Source: Halomicronema hongdechloris C2206
Lineage (GTDB): Bacteria > Cyanobacteriota > Cyanobacteriia > Phormidesmidales > Phormidesmidaceae
Length of the DNA stretch: 32,000 nt
NCBI RefSeq assembly: GCF_002075285.3
Contig: NZ_CP021983.2
Coordinates: forward strand, 2,100,001-2,132,000
Direction: 5' to 3'
How positions within the stretch are numbered: the first letter of the stretch is position 1; each line of letters starts with the position of its first letter. The position numbers and the translations under genes are program-made. The notes beneath the pieces are model-generated. The model did not search any database, was not told the DNA's origin, and saw nothing but the letters and a program-made list of their open reading frames with translations. This document shows positions 7,802-17,167 of the stretch, piece by piece.

Positions 7802-9457
7802 CTACACAACTCTGACAGGCCCTTCTAGTGAAGTTTCTATTTCTAACCTGGCCGCAATTTGAAGTTGATCATCTAAAACAGCGTCGATATCAGTTTCACT
7901 CGTTAGTGGATTTGCCAATACTGCCCTCAGAGCTACAATTGTTACTTCTTGATCAAAATGACGAATGCTTTTAACCGTGCGAGAGATGAAGGTTCGGCCA
8001 ACCTGGCGTTGAACCTTTTGCAGTCGCTCATTGAACCGGCTAATGACGCAGTAATCACTTTTAATTAATTGTTTATGAGTAGCACGTTCTCTAAATGGCT
8101 CCGGAATGTACTGATAAACTAATAAATTAATATCAGGCTTAGCAATTAACTCAAACTCAGGCATGGTGCGAATGCGCTCTGCCATGTATTGGGTCTTGCG
8201 CAGTCCTTCATCGATCAAGAACTCATATCCTTCTACCCCAATCAAGTTCAGCGCTGCATGTAAGAATAGGGCCATACCTGGTCGAGACCCTTCTAAGGAT
8301 CGCTTACCGAGATCCAGGGAGCCATTACGAATGGTGTAACTGGCACTTTTTTCAATTGCTTTGGCCAAGTGAGGATTGCGAAAAAATACCATGACAATCC
8401 CCATGGGTAAGTACATCTGCTTATGACCATCGATAGTTACTGAATCTGCTTGCTCAATGCCTGCTAACTTATGGCGATGCTGGCGAGAAAATAGTAGAGG
8501 ATCTCCCCAAGCTGCATCAACATGGAAATGAGTTTTAGCACTCCGGGCAATAGAGGCAATATCATGCAGTGGATCTATACCACCAGCATCGGTTGTGCCT
8601 GCAATTCCAATTATTGCGAGAATGAGTTTTCGTTGCGATTGACAATGCAAAACTGCCTGATGCAATAACTTTAGATCAATATGATTTCTATCGTCAACCG
8701 GAATTTTGATTAAATTTTGTGAGCCGATTCCCAGTAAATCAGCTGCTTTGTCGAAGGAATAATGCATGAGGTTGGAGCCAATGATGGTAGCTCCTTTGTA
8801 TCCATAGAAACTCAGAGCTGCGGATAAGCCTTCCTGTTCAACCCCAGCAAATTTACCACGAGCTCCCAAGGCATTATTCCGTGCACACCATAGGGCTGTA
8901 ATATTGGCAACTGTTCCTCCCGAGACTAAAATCCCTAATGTGCTCTGGTGGTTATGGATATGTTGTTTATAAAAATCGGTGGAGTATTGATAAATTAATC
9001 GGTGCATGCGCCCTAAAGACTGACGCTCACAGGGACTTAGAGACTTAGCAGTTTCTACCTTGACAGCATTTTGATTAAGCGCCGTTACTAACTTGGCTAA
9101 AGGCCGTACAAAATACGGCAAGGCCGATGTCATGTGACCAATAAATCGTGGTGAGGAAGTATGCACCGCATGGGTAACAATATCTTCAGCTAGGGATGGA
9201 AAATACTGTTCAAACTCGAAAGGCGCTCTCGGCAACTCACTGTCGCTAAATCTCTCCATTAAGTGCTCGAAGTCAATGTCGGTCGTTGATAAATTTTCAT
9301 GTAAAAAAGCTTGGGCCAATACGGCTAGCTTCTCTTCGATCGCTTGCTCAACCAATTGGGATTGAGCAGACGGATTGAATAGCTGCATGATCCTTTTACT
9401 AGCCTGACAAGGCTGAGAAGCTATAAAATTCCTAGAAGGATAGTTCATTCTCATCAA
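7802..9457 (-). CDS. Group II pyridoxal-phosphate-dependent amino-acid decarboxylase (PanP / 2,4-diaminobutyrate / glutamate decarboxylase-like)
   Basis: 551 aa. Motifs: HTSSPRFIGHMTSALP, STLGILVSGGTVANITALWCARN, HVDAAWG, and the PLP-lysine motif SVTIDGHKQMYLPMG (S-x-x5-K pattern). An alternative start is Met24 (ATG top at 9388, MQLFNPSAQ..). Confidence 0.8.
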   Translation of the reverse strand: MMRMNYPSRNFIASQPCQASKRIMQLFNPSAQSQLVEQAIEEKLAVLAQAFLHENLSTTDIDFEHLMERFSDSELPRAPFEFEQYFPSLAEDIVTHAVHTSSPRFIGHMTSALPYFVRPLAKLVTALNQNAVKVETAKSLSPCERQSLGRMHRLIYQYSTDFYKQHIHNHQSTLGILVSGGTVANITALWCARNNALGARGKFAGVEQEGLSAALSFYGYKGATIIGSNLMHYSFDKAADLLGIGSQNLIKIPVDDRNHIDLKLLHQAVLHCQSQRKLILAIIGIAGTTDAGGIDPLHDIASIARSAKTHFHVDAAWGDPLLFSRQHRHKLAGIEQADSVTIDGHKQMYLPMGIVMVFFRNPHLAKAIEKSASYTIRNGSLDLGKRSLEGSRPGMALFLHAALNLIGVEGYEFLIDEGLRKTQYMAERIRTMPEFELIAKPDINLLVYQYIPEPFRERATHKQLIKSDYCVISRFNERLQKVQRQVGRTFISRTVKSIRHFDQEVTIVALRAVLANPLTSETDIDAVLDDQLQIAARLEIETSLEGPVRVV

Positions 9458-9509
9458 GAAAGCTGAGTGTGTTTAAAAAGGCCTGGCTGTTCGAATCAGC
9501 AATATGAAT

Positions 9510-12500
9510 CTAAGTTGAGCGTTGCCAATTGACTGTCTCTCGATGGCGCTGTCGCAGATGCTTCTGTTGTCTTATAGAAGCCTTTCCCTTTTTCTTGGAA
9601 GGCTTAGCCTCGCGAATCAAGTTGCTTTGACCGGCTGTTTGACTTAAATACTGGGCAAGATCACCAACAGTAGGATATTTGAATAGAGAGATTAGGGGAA
9701 ACTCACGCTGAAGTTTGTTTTGCAGTTTGCTATGGATAGCAACAACAAGTAAAGAATGTCCACCAATATCAAAGAAATTATGGTGAATACCAACCTTGTC
9801 TAGATGCAGGATATCTTTCCAAAGGTCTGCAATTATTGTCTCCAGTTCAGTCGTAGGAGCTCGATAAGTCGTGTCTAGATCAAGATTGGGGTTGAGTTTT
9901 GCCAGTCCTTTGCGATCGACTTTGCCATTGGGGGTAAGGGGCAATTCCTCTAGCAGAACCATGGCCGCGGGTACCATGTAGTCGGGCAGCTGCTCTTGCA
10001 GGTAACTCCGTAACGCTGAGGGAGAGAGACTGGCAGCTGCAGGGACGACATAGCCCACTAACTGCGGCTCGCCTGAGGCATTCTGGTGGGCAACCACCAC
10101 GGCTTGTGAGATAGCTGGATGGCGCAGCAGCACCGTTTCAATTTCACCCAGTTCAATGCGGAAGCCCCGCAGCTTCACCTGATGGTCCAGGCGACCCAGG
10201 TACTCCAGGCTGCCATCCCGGCGATATTTCACCAAATCCCCAGTCTTGTACAGACGTGCCCCAGGTGTGGGGCTAAAGGGATTGGGCACAAACTGCTCTG
10301 CTGTTAACGCCGGGCGCTGGTAATAGCCTCGGGCCAGCCCCAGTCCACCAATGTGCAGTTCTCCTGGTACCCCAATGGGAGTGGGTTGTCCGGCTTTGTC
10401 CAATACATACACCTGAGTGTTGGCAATGGGACGGCCTAAGGGCACTGTCTCACACTCAGCCGTCAGTTCACTCACCGCAGACCAAATCGTCGTCTCGGTG
10501 GGTCCATACAGGTTCCATACTCCTGCACTGCGAGCATGCAACTGATGGGCTAACTCTAACGGCAAGGCGTCCCCGCCACAGAACACTCGCAGTGCAGATG
10601 ACCCGGACCACTCCGTTGACATCAGCATCTGCCAGGTGGCTGGAGTCGCTTGCAGCACTGTCGCGTCAAATTGCTCTAGTCGCCGAGCCAAATGATGAGC
10701 ATCACAGGCGACCTCTCGACTCACCACCTCCAATCGAGCTCCTTGAAGGAGTGGCAGGTATAACTCCAAGGCTGCAATGTCAAAAGCGACGGTTGTGACT
10801 GAGACCAGTCGGTCCTCAGCCCTGAGCCCTGGATACTCAGCCATGCTATATAGGAAGTTGCTCAACGCCTGATGGGGAATCTGGACGCCTTTGGGGGCTC
10901 CGGTGGACCCTGAGGTGTAGATCACATAGCTGAGCTGCTCGAGTGCGGTAACTGGAGCAGGAGGATAGCTGGGGCTCTCAGCAATGCAGTCCCAATCGGT
11001 GTCTAGGCACAGAGGGGAAACTGAGGTGGGTAGCACGCCAACGTGAGCTGCTTGCGTTAGCAAACAACGGGCCTGTGCGTCTTCTAGGATATAGGCCAGT
11101 CGCTCTTGAGGGTGGCTCGGATCCAGAGGCACATAAGCGCCCCCCGCTTTCAGCACCCCTAGCAGTGCAATTACCATCGCCACCGAGCGCTCTAGACATA
11201 CTCCCACCAAGGTTTCAGGTCCCACCCCCTGGCCCTGCAGGTAATGGGCCAGTTGATTGGCGCGACGATTCAACTCGTCATAGGTCAGGTGCTGCTGCTC
11301 AAACACCAGCGCCACTGCCTCCGGGGTACGCTCCACTTGCGCTTCAAATAACTCATGGAGACAAGCCTCTGGATACTCAGCCTCCGTCTGATTCCACTCC
11401 ACCAGAAGACGCTGCCGCTCAGCAGAGGTCAACAGGGGTAGGTCACTAACCCGCTGCTCCGGCTGCCTCACCACCGCCGTTAACACCTGCTGCAGATGCG
11501 TGATGAGACGTGCCATGGTCGCCGCGGCAAATAAGTCGGTGTTGTACTCTAGCTGCCCTTGCAACCCCGCCTCACCCTCTTGCAGCGATAGAGTCAGGTC
11601 AAATTTGGCGCTTTCTGGAGCACTCTCGAGTACCTCCACCGCTACCCCTGGCAAGGCCAACGATTCCTGGGGCGCATTCTGCAGGATAAACATCACCTGA
11701 AACAGGGGGGAATGACTCAATGCCCGCTCCGGCTGCAGCAGTTCCACCACCTGCTCAAAGGGCATATCCTGATGGGCATAGGCCCCTAAGGTCACCTCCC
11801 GTACCCGCTGCAATACCTCCACAAAGGAGGGCTGCCCCGCCAAGGATGTGCGCAACACTAAGGTATTGACGAAAAAGCCAATCAACCCTTCCACTTCCCT
11901 ACGGGTGCGGTTGGCAATGGGAGAGCCCACCACGATGTCCGCTTGGCCGCTGTAGCGACTCAACACCACTTGAAAGGCAGCCAGCAGTGTCATAAACAGG
12001 GTGCAGTTCTGCTGCCGACTCAACTGCTTCAATCCCTGGGTTAACTCTGGGGTAATTCCAAAGGCTTGAGTCGCTCCCCGGAAGGTCTGCACCGCCGGAC
12101 GAGGATGGTCCGTGGGTAACTCAAGCACTTCCGGGGCACCTGCTAACTGCTGCTGCCAGTACTGCCGCTGTTGCTCTAGCACCTCACCGTGGAGCCACTG
12201 CCGCTGCCAAGCCGCATAGTCTAGATACTGAACCGGTAGGGGGGATAAGGAAGGGGCATGACCTGTGACAATAGCCCCATAGAGCTGAGCCACTTCTCTG
12301 ACTAAAATGCCCATTGACCAGCCATCGGAGACGATGTGGTGCATGGCAAACACCAGCACCTGCTCCTGCTGGGAACATTGCAGCAGGACGACGCGAAGCA
12401 AGGGGGGCTGGTCGAGGGAAAAAGGCTGATGGGTGATGCTCCCAGTCAGCTGTTGGACCCCTTGCTCCTGCCCTTGGGCTGTTAGGTCTTGCAGGTCGAT

Positions 12501-15500
12501 GACCGCCAGGGGCACCTCTACAGTGGGATGGAGATCTACGGCAGGATGGCCCTCTTGGCTGACAAACCCGAGGCGCAGGGCCTCATGACGCTGCAGGAGA
12601 ATCTGGAGACTGGCCTGGAGGGCGTCAATGTCAAGGGAACCGTGTAGTCGCAGGGCACTCGACAGGTGATAGAAGGGACTTTCTGGTTCGAGTTGGGCCA
12701 AAAACCACAGCCGTTGTTGGGCAAAGGAGAGGGGTAAGGGGCCGCTGCGCTCGATAGTGGTTATGGGAGGACTGGTGAGGCCCTGTTCCTCATGGAGGGC
12801 AGCTTCAATGACAGGCGCTAACTCAGCAATGGTGGGATGCTCAAAGAGGCGACGCAGGGGCACCTCTACGGCAAAGGCGTGACGCACGTGCGACATCACC
12901 CGGGTTGCCAGCAGGGAATGGCCGCCTAACTCAAAGAAGTTGCTCTGGATGCTGACGGTCTCTAGCTTCAGCACGTCTGCCCAAATGCTCACGAGCATCG
13001 CTTCGATGGGGGTGCGAGCTGCAACCGTTGCTGAAGTGTCTAGGTGCTGATACTCGGGGGCTGGTAGGGCTTTGCGGTCGACTTTGCCATTGGGGGTGAG
13101 GGGCAATTCCTTCAGCAGAACCATGGCTGCAGGCACCATGTAGTCGGGAAGCTGCTCTTGCAGGTAACGCCGTAACGCTGAGGGGGAGAGACTGGCAGTG
13201 GCAGGGACGACATAGCCCACTAACTGTGGCTCGCCTGAGGCATTCTGGTGAGCGACCACCACGGCTTGTGAGACAGATGAATGGCGCAGCAGCACCGTTT
13301 CAATTTCACCTAGTTCAATGCGGAAGCCCCGCAGCTTCACTTGATGGTCGAGGCGACCCAGGTATTCCAGGCTGCCATCGCGGCAATACTTGACTAAGTC
13401 CCCAGTCTTGTACAGACGGGCCCCAGGTGTGGGGCTAAAGGGATTGGGCACAAAGCGTTCTGCTGTTAACTCGGGGCGCTGGTAATAGCCTCGGGCTAGC
13501 CCCATGCCACCAATGTGCAGTTCACCTGGCACCCCAATGGGAGTGGGTTGTCCGGCTTTATCCAGCACATATAGCTGAGTGTTGGCAATGGGCTGGCCTA
13601 AGGGCACTGTCTCACACTCAGCCCTCAGTTCACTCACCGCAGACCAAATCGTCGTCTCGGTCGGTCCATACAGGTTCCAGACCCCTGCACTGCGAGCGTA
13701 CAACTGATGGGCTAACTCCAATGGCAAGGCGTCCCCGCCACAGAACACTAGCAATGCAGATGACCCGGACCACTCCGTTGACATCAGCATCTGCCAGGTG
13801 GCTGGAGTCGCTTGCAGCACTGTCGCGTCAAATTGCTCTAGTCGCCGAGCCAAATGATGAGCATCACAGGCGACCTCTCGACTCACCACCTCCAATCGAG
13901 CTCCTTGAAGGAGTGGCAGGTATAACTCCAAGGCTGCAATGTCAAAAGCGACGGTTGTGACTGAGACCAGTCGGTCCTCAGCCCTGAGCCCTGGATACTC
14001 AGCCATGCTATATAGGAAGTTGCTCAACGCCTGATGGGGAATCTGGACGCCTTTGGGGGCTCCGGTGGACCCTGAGGTGTAGATCACATAGCTGAGCTGC
14101 TCGAGTGCGGTAACTGGAGCAGGAGGATAGCTGGGGCTCTCAGCAATGCAGTCCCAATCGGTGTCTAGGCACAGAGGGGAAACTGAGGTGGGTAGCACGC
14201 CAACGTGAGCTGCTTGCGTTAGCAAACAACGGGCCTGTGCGTCTTCTAGGATATAGGCCAGTCGCTCTTGAGGGTGGCTCGGATCCAGAGGCACATACGC
14301 ACCCCCCGCTTTCAGCACCCCTAGCAGTGCAATCACCATCGCCACCGAGCGCTCTAGACATACCCCTACTAAGGTTTCAGGTCCCACGCCTTGGCCCTGC
14401 AGGTAATGGGCCAATTGATTGGCCCGACGATTCAACTCGTCATAGGTCAGGTGCTGCTGCTCAAACACCAGCGCCACTGCCTCCGGAGTACGCTCCACTT
14501 GCGCTTCAAATAGCTCATGGATACATTGCTGTTGCGGATAGGTAACTTCGGTATGATTCCACCCCACCAGCAACTGATGTAACTCATCTGTCCCTAATAG
14601 GGGTAAGTCTGATAATCTTGCTTGTGGATTGACAACAATACCCTCAAGCAACGCACGAAAATGCTTAACAATTCGAGTAGCAGTTTCAGGGTTGAACAGA
14701 GCTGTACTATATTCCAGTGCTCCTCTCACTTCTGGCTCAGAATCGACCATGTACAGGGTCAAGTCAAACTTGGCGGCTTGATTGTGTACCGGGAGCCAAT
14801 CCAGCGTCAAACCAGGCAAGGTTAGTTCCCTTTGGACATCTTCCTGCCAGGCAAACATTACCTGAAACAGGGGCATATGACTGAGATTTCTCTCTGGCTG
14901 AAGCTCTTCCACTAGCTGTTCAAAAGGTATATCTGCATGGGCATAGGCACCTACACATACCTCACGTACTCGATTCAGCAATTCTAAGAGATTTGGATTA
15001 CCAGAAAGATGCGTCCGCAGCACAAGAGTATTAGCAAAAAAACCAATCAGTTTTTGAATCTCACTTTGGTTACGATTAGCAATTGGGGAGCCAACACAGA
15101 TATCTTCTTGTCCAGTGTAGCGGTACAGTAAAGCTTGGAAGGCTACCAATAGAGTCATAAACAGGGTTACCCCTTCCTGGTTGCTCAGGGATCTGAGTCT
15201 ATCCGATAAGCTCGCTGATAGCTCAAAAGGGATGACTGCACCTTGGAAGCTTTGGATTGGCGGTCGAGGGCGATCAGTAGGCAGATTCAAAGCTGAAGCG
15301 CCTGCCAATTGCTGCTGCCAGTAAGAAAGCTGAGTCTGTTGTAACTTTCCCCGCAACCGATGACGCTGCCAAACTGCAAAATCTGCATATTGAATAGGGA
15401 GTTCAGATAAGGGGGGTGTTTTGCCTGTAGAAAAGGCTTCATAAAGTATTGCTAGTTCGCGGATCAGCACTCCTATTGACCAACCATCAATGGCAATATG

Positions 15501-16043
15501 ATGGATAGCAAACAGCAATAAATACTCTTGAGTATCTGTTTGTAGCAGTATGGCTCGCAGCAACGGACCAACTGCTAAATCAAACGGCTTTTGCGCTATC
15601 TCTTTTGTTAACTGTTCAATTTCAGCTTTTTGCCCAGCTTCTGACAGGGAGCGTAGGTTTACCACTGGCAGCACTACAGAGATAGTGGGATGAATAATTT
15701 GGACTGCCTGTTCTGCCACCATCTCAAACGTAGTGCGTAACGCTTCATGGCGTCGTACAATCTCATTAAGACTGTGTTCCAGGGCATTGACGTTAAGCGT
15801 ACCTGTTAGCTTTATACATGCTGGTTCACTGTAGTAGGGATTGCCAGGATCTAACTGGTGGAGGAACCACAACCTTTGTTGAGCAAAGGATAGAGGAGCA
15901 GGACCTGTTTGGGAACGTTTGGGAATAATTTCTGTTTTCGAGTAGGGATTTACTTCACCCCGTAGCCGTTTCTCGAGCAGTTCTCGCTGGGTGGATGAAA
16001 GCTTCGATCGTCGGTTCAAAATTTTATCTTTTATGTTGTCCAT
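9510..16043 (-). CDS. Bimodular NRPS C-A(Gly-like)-T-C-A(Gly-like)-T with a basic C-terminal tail
   Basis: 2177 aa. C1 ~14589-15902 (HHIAIDGWS). A1 ~13059-14531. T1 ~12798-13022 (FFELGGHSL). C2 ~11424-12746 (HHIVSDGWS). A2 ~9897-11369. T2 ~9639-9866 (FFDIGGHSL). Both A domains give hand-extracted specificity residues D-I-L-Q-F-G-L-I-W-K (from FDIAALE, VLQATP, VFCGGD, NLYGPTETTIW, NGKVDR). This is one position away from the canonical Gly code DILQLGLIWK. No E domain. Tail: KPSKKKGKASIRQQKHLRQRHRETVNWQRST. Confidence 0.95.
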   Translation of the reverse strand: MDNIKDKILNRRSKLSSTQRELLEKRLRGEVNPYSKTEIIPKRSQTGPAPLSFAQQRLWFLHQLDPGNPYYSEPACIKLTGTLNVNALEHSLNEIVRRHEALRTTFEMVAEQAVQIIHPTISVVLPVVNLRSLSEAGQKAEIEQLTKEIAQKPFDLAVGPLLRAILLQTDTQEYLLLFAIHHIAIDGWSIGVLIRELAILYEAFSTGKTPPLSELPIQYADFAVWQRHRLRGKLQQTQLSYWQQQLAGASALNLPTDRPRPPIQSFQGAVIPFELSASLSDRLRSLSNQEGVTLFMTLLVAFQALLYRYTGQEDICVGSPIANRNQSEIQKLIGFFANTLVLRTHLSGNPNLLELLNRVREVCVGAYAHADIPFEQLVEELQPERNLSHMPLFQVMFAWQEDVQRELTLPGLTLDWLPVHNQAAKFDLTLYMVDSEPEVRGALEYSTALFNPETATRIVKHFRALLEGIVVNPQARLSDLPLLGTDELHQLLVGWNHTEVTYPQQQCIHELFEAQVERTPEAVALVFEQQHLTYDELNRRANQLAHYLQGQGVGPETLVGVCLERSVAMVIALLGVLKAGGAYVPLDPSHPQERLAYILEDAQARCLLTQAAHVGVLPTSVSPLCLDTDWDCIAESPSYPPAPVTALEQLSYVIYTSGSTGAPKGVQIPHQALSNFLYSMAEYPGLRAEDRLVSVTTVAFDIAALELYLPLLQGARLEVVSREVACDAHHLARRLEQFDATVLQATPATWQMLMSTEWSGSSALLVFCGGDALPLELAHQLYARSAGVWNLYGPTETTIWSAVSELRAECETVPLGQPIANTQLYVLDKAGQPTPIGVPGELHIGGMGLARGYYQRPELTAERFVPNPFSPTPGARLYKTGDLVKYCRDGSLEYLGRLDHQVKLRGFRIELGEIETVLLRHSSVSQAVVVAHQNASGEPQLVGYVVPATASLSPSALRRYLQEQLPDYMVPAAMVLLKELPLTPNGKVDRKALPAPEYQHLDTSATVAARTPIEAMLVSIWADVLKLETVSIQSNFFELGGHSLLATRVMSHVRHAFAVEVPLRRLFEHPTIAELAPVIEAALHEEQGLTSPPITTIERSGPLPLSFAQQRLWFLAQLEPESPFYHLSSALRLHGSLDIDALQASLQILLQRHEALRLGFVSQEGHPAVDLHPTVEVPLAVIDLQDLTAQGQEQGVQQLTGSITHQPFSLDQPPLLRVVLLQCSQQEQVLVFAMHHIVSDGWSMGILVREVAQLYGAIVTGHAPSLSPLPVQYLDYAAWQRQWLHGEVLEQQRQYWQQQLAGAPEVLELPTDHPRPAVQTFRGATQAFGITPELTQGLKQLSRQQNCTLFMTLLAAFQVVLSRYSGQADIVVGSPIANRTRREVEGLIGFFVNTLVLRTSLAGQPSFVEVLQRVREVTLGAYAHQDMPFEQVVELLQPERALSHSPLFQVMFILQNAPQESLALPGVAVEVLESAPESAKFDLTLSLQEGEAGLQGQLEYNTDLFAAATMARLITHLQQVLTAVVRQPEQRVSDLPLLTSAERQRLLVEWNQTEAEYPEACLHELFEAQVERTPEAVALVFEQQHLTYDELNRRANQLAHYLQGQGVGPETLVGVCLERSVAMVIALLGVLKAGGAYVPLDPSHPQERLAYILEDAQARCLLTQAAHVGVLPTSVSPLCLDTDWDCIAESPSYPPAPVTALEQLSYVIYTSGSTGAPKGVQIPHQALSNFLYSMAEYPGLRAEDRLVSVTTVAFDIAALELYLPLLQGARLEVVSREVACDAHHLARRLEQFDATVLQATPATWQMLMSTEWSGSSALRVFCGGDALPLELAHQLHARSAGVWNLYGPTETTIWSAVSELTAECETVPLGRPIANTQVYVLDKAGQPTPIGVPGELHIGGLGLARGYYQRPALTAEQFVPNPFSPTPGARLYKTGDLVKYRRDGSLEYLGRLDHQVKLRGFRIELGEIETVLLRHPAISQAVVVAHQNASGEPQLVGYVVPAAASLSPSALRSYLQEQLPDYMVPAAMVLLEELPLTPNGKVDRKGLAKLNPNLDLDTTYRAPTTELETIIADLWKDILHLDKVGIHHNFFDIGGHSLLVVAIHSKLQNKLQREFPLISLFKYPTVGDLAQYLSQTAGQSNLIREAKPSKKKGKASIRQQKHLRQRHRETVNWQRST
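9907..11396 (-). repeat. Copy 2 of the Gly A-domain coding repeat (module 2 of the bimodular NRPS)
   Basis: Aligns with 13069-14519 at a constant offset of 3162 nt (1054 codons). 10596-11135 versus 13758-14297 showed no mismatch on line-by-line comparison. Mismatches are scattered elsewhere. Confidence 0.9.
13069..14519 (-). repeat. Copy 3 of the Gly A-domain coding repeat (module 1 of the bimodular NRPS)
   Basis: See copies 1 and 2. The encoded protein is identical to module 2 from HELFEAQVERTPEAV through WSGSSAL (~255 aa) and diverges slightly in the C-terminal part of the A domain. Confidence 0.9.
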
Positions 16044-16089
16044 AATGTCCCTGTCAAGCTACAAGAAATAGCAATGCTTTCTAACTAAT

Positions 16090-17163
16090 TCAGGATTTGA
16101 TTTTTACATATTCAGGAAATGATTGAATTTGTGTAAGTTCATTTTCTAAAATTTGCAGATCCTTATTCTTTTCATTCTTTTCAATTTCCTTGAACCCCGC
16201 AAACTTATAAGACACATACATCATTCTATTGCGTTCGTTTGAAACAAACTCAGCACGCAAACGGACATGATTCCCTTTAGCCAAACTCATAATATAATTC
16301 AACATAATTGTGCCAACGCCTCTAGACATAACCCGACAAGACATCAGCAAAAGCTTTATCGTCCACACGCCTTCTAGGCATTCCAGCAGTGCTAACCCAA
16401 TTTTTCCGTAACTCCCGTACTTATCATCCAAACTTGCAATTAGCAATTTATGTTTGTCTGATTGCCGAAAATGATTGAGTTCATCATAGGAGTACGTATA
16501 GCCAGTTGTATTCAATTGATTGGTTCTAACCGTTAATTCTTCTGCTCTTTGTAAATCTTCTTCCTGGGCAGAAGAGATAGTGAAAGTCATATTAAGAGTA
16601 GCTAAAAATTCTTCTTGAGTGCCAATAAATTCTTTTTCTGCCTCGTTCCTCTCTATATCACTAAGATACATCAGCCTTCTAAATTTTGAATCCTCTGTAG
16701 TAAAACGAGGATTCATTTCTGGTTTATCTAGTAAGTCATTGAGTTCAGAGGCATTAACACAGAAAACTTCAGGAAGCGAAAAATTAACTTCTTCAAGCTC
16801 AAACATCTGATCATCAATAAAAGCAAATGCATCAATGCCAAGATTGAGTGACTTGGCAATTGCTTGAATAGAACTCGATTTAGAGTTCCAATTGATTTGG
16901 GGATAGAGAAAATACTCATGCAGCTCAAACTCTTTGAGTTGCTGCATAGCCTGAGTATAGTCATTCTTACTGGCAACAGACTGTAAGATACCTCGACTAT
17001 CTAATGTCTTAATAACATCGACTGATTTGTTTCGTAGATAAACACGCTTATCCTCTAATAAGATTCCATTCCAAAGTGTGTTGTCTAAATCCCAGACGAC
17101 ACATTTGATCATCTTTTTATCGGCTTGTTTTTGATTTAAAATTTCAGCTTTTATATGAGTCAT
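16090..17163 (-). CDS. FkbH-like HAD-superfamily (IIIC) glyceryl-ACP-forming enzyme
   Basis: 357 aa. HAD motif I: KCVVWDLDNTLWNG. C-terminal GNAT-like half with LLLMSCRVMSRGVG (the conserved SCR cysteine of FkbH-type enzymes). Starts 4 nt after the upstream acyl-CoA dehydrogenase stop. Confidence 0.8.
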   Translation of the reverse strand: MTHIKAEILNQKQADKKMIKCVVWDLDNTLWNGILLEDKRVYLRNKSVDVIKTLDSRGILQSVASKNDYTQAMQQLKEFELHEYFLYPQINWNSKSSSIQAIAKSLNLGIDAFAFIDDQMFELEEVNFSLPEVFCVNASELNDLLDKPEMNPRFTTEDSKFRRLMYLSDIERNEAEKEFIGTQEEFLATLNMTFTISSAQEEDLQRAEELTVRTNQLNTTGYTYSYDELNHFRQSDKHKLLIASLDDKYGSYGKIGLALLECLEGVWTIKLLLMSCRVMSRGVGTIMLNYIMSLAKGNHVRLRAEFVSNERNRMMYVSYKFAGFKEIEKNEKNKDLQILENELTQIQSFPEYVKIKS

Positions 17164-17167
17164 TTTC

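Noticed and set aside
9907-14519. Direct repeats considered as a CRISPR array, IS element ends or a tandem duplication artefact.
   Set aside because: The repeats are 1.5-kb in-frame A-domain coding sequences spaced by one full module (3162 nt = 1054 codons). No short repeat-spacer periodicity, transposase ORF or terminal inverted repeats were found. Assembly artefact is not excluded and is flagged in the findings.
16619-16976. Small ORFs 16619-16810 (+) and 16728-16976 (-) inside the FkbH-like gene, and 19797-20063 (+) inside the dehydrogenase gene.
   Set aside because: Their translations are low-complexity (Ser/Leu/Ile-rich) in AT-rich coding DNA, and the host frames carry clear family motifs.
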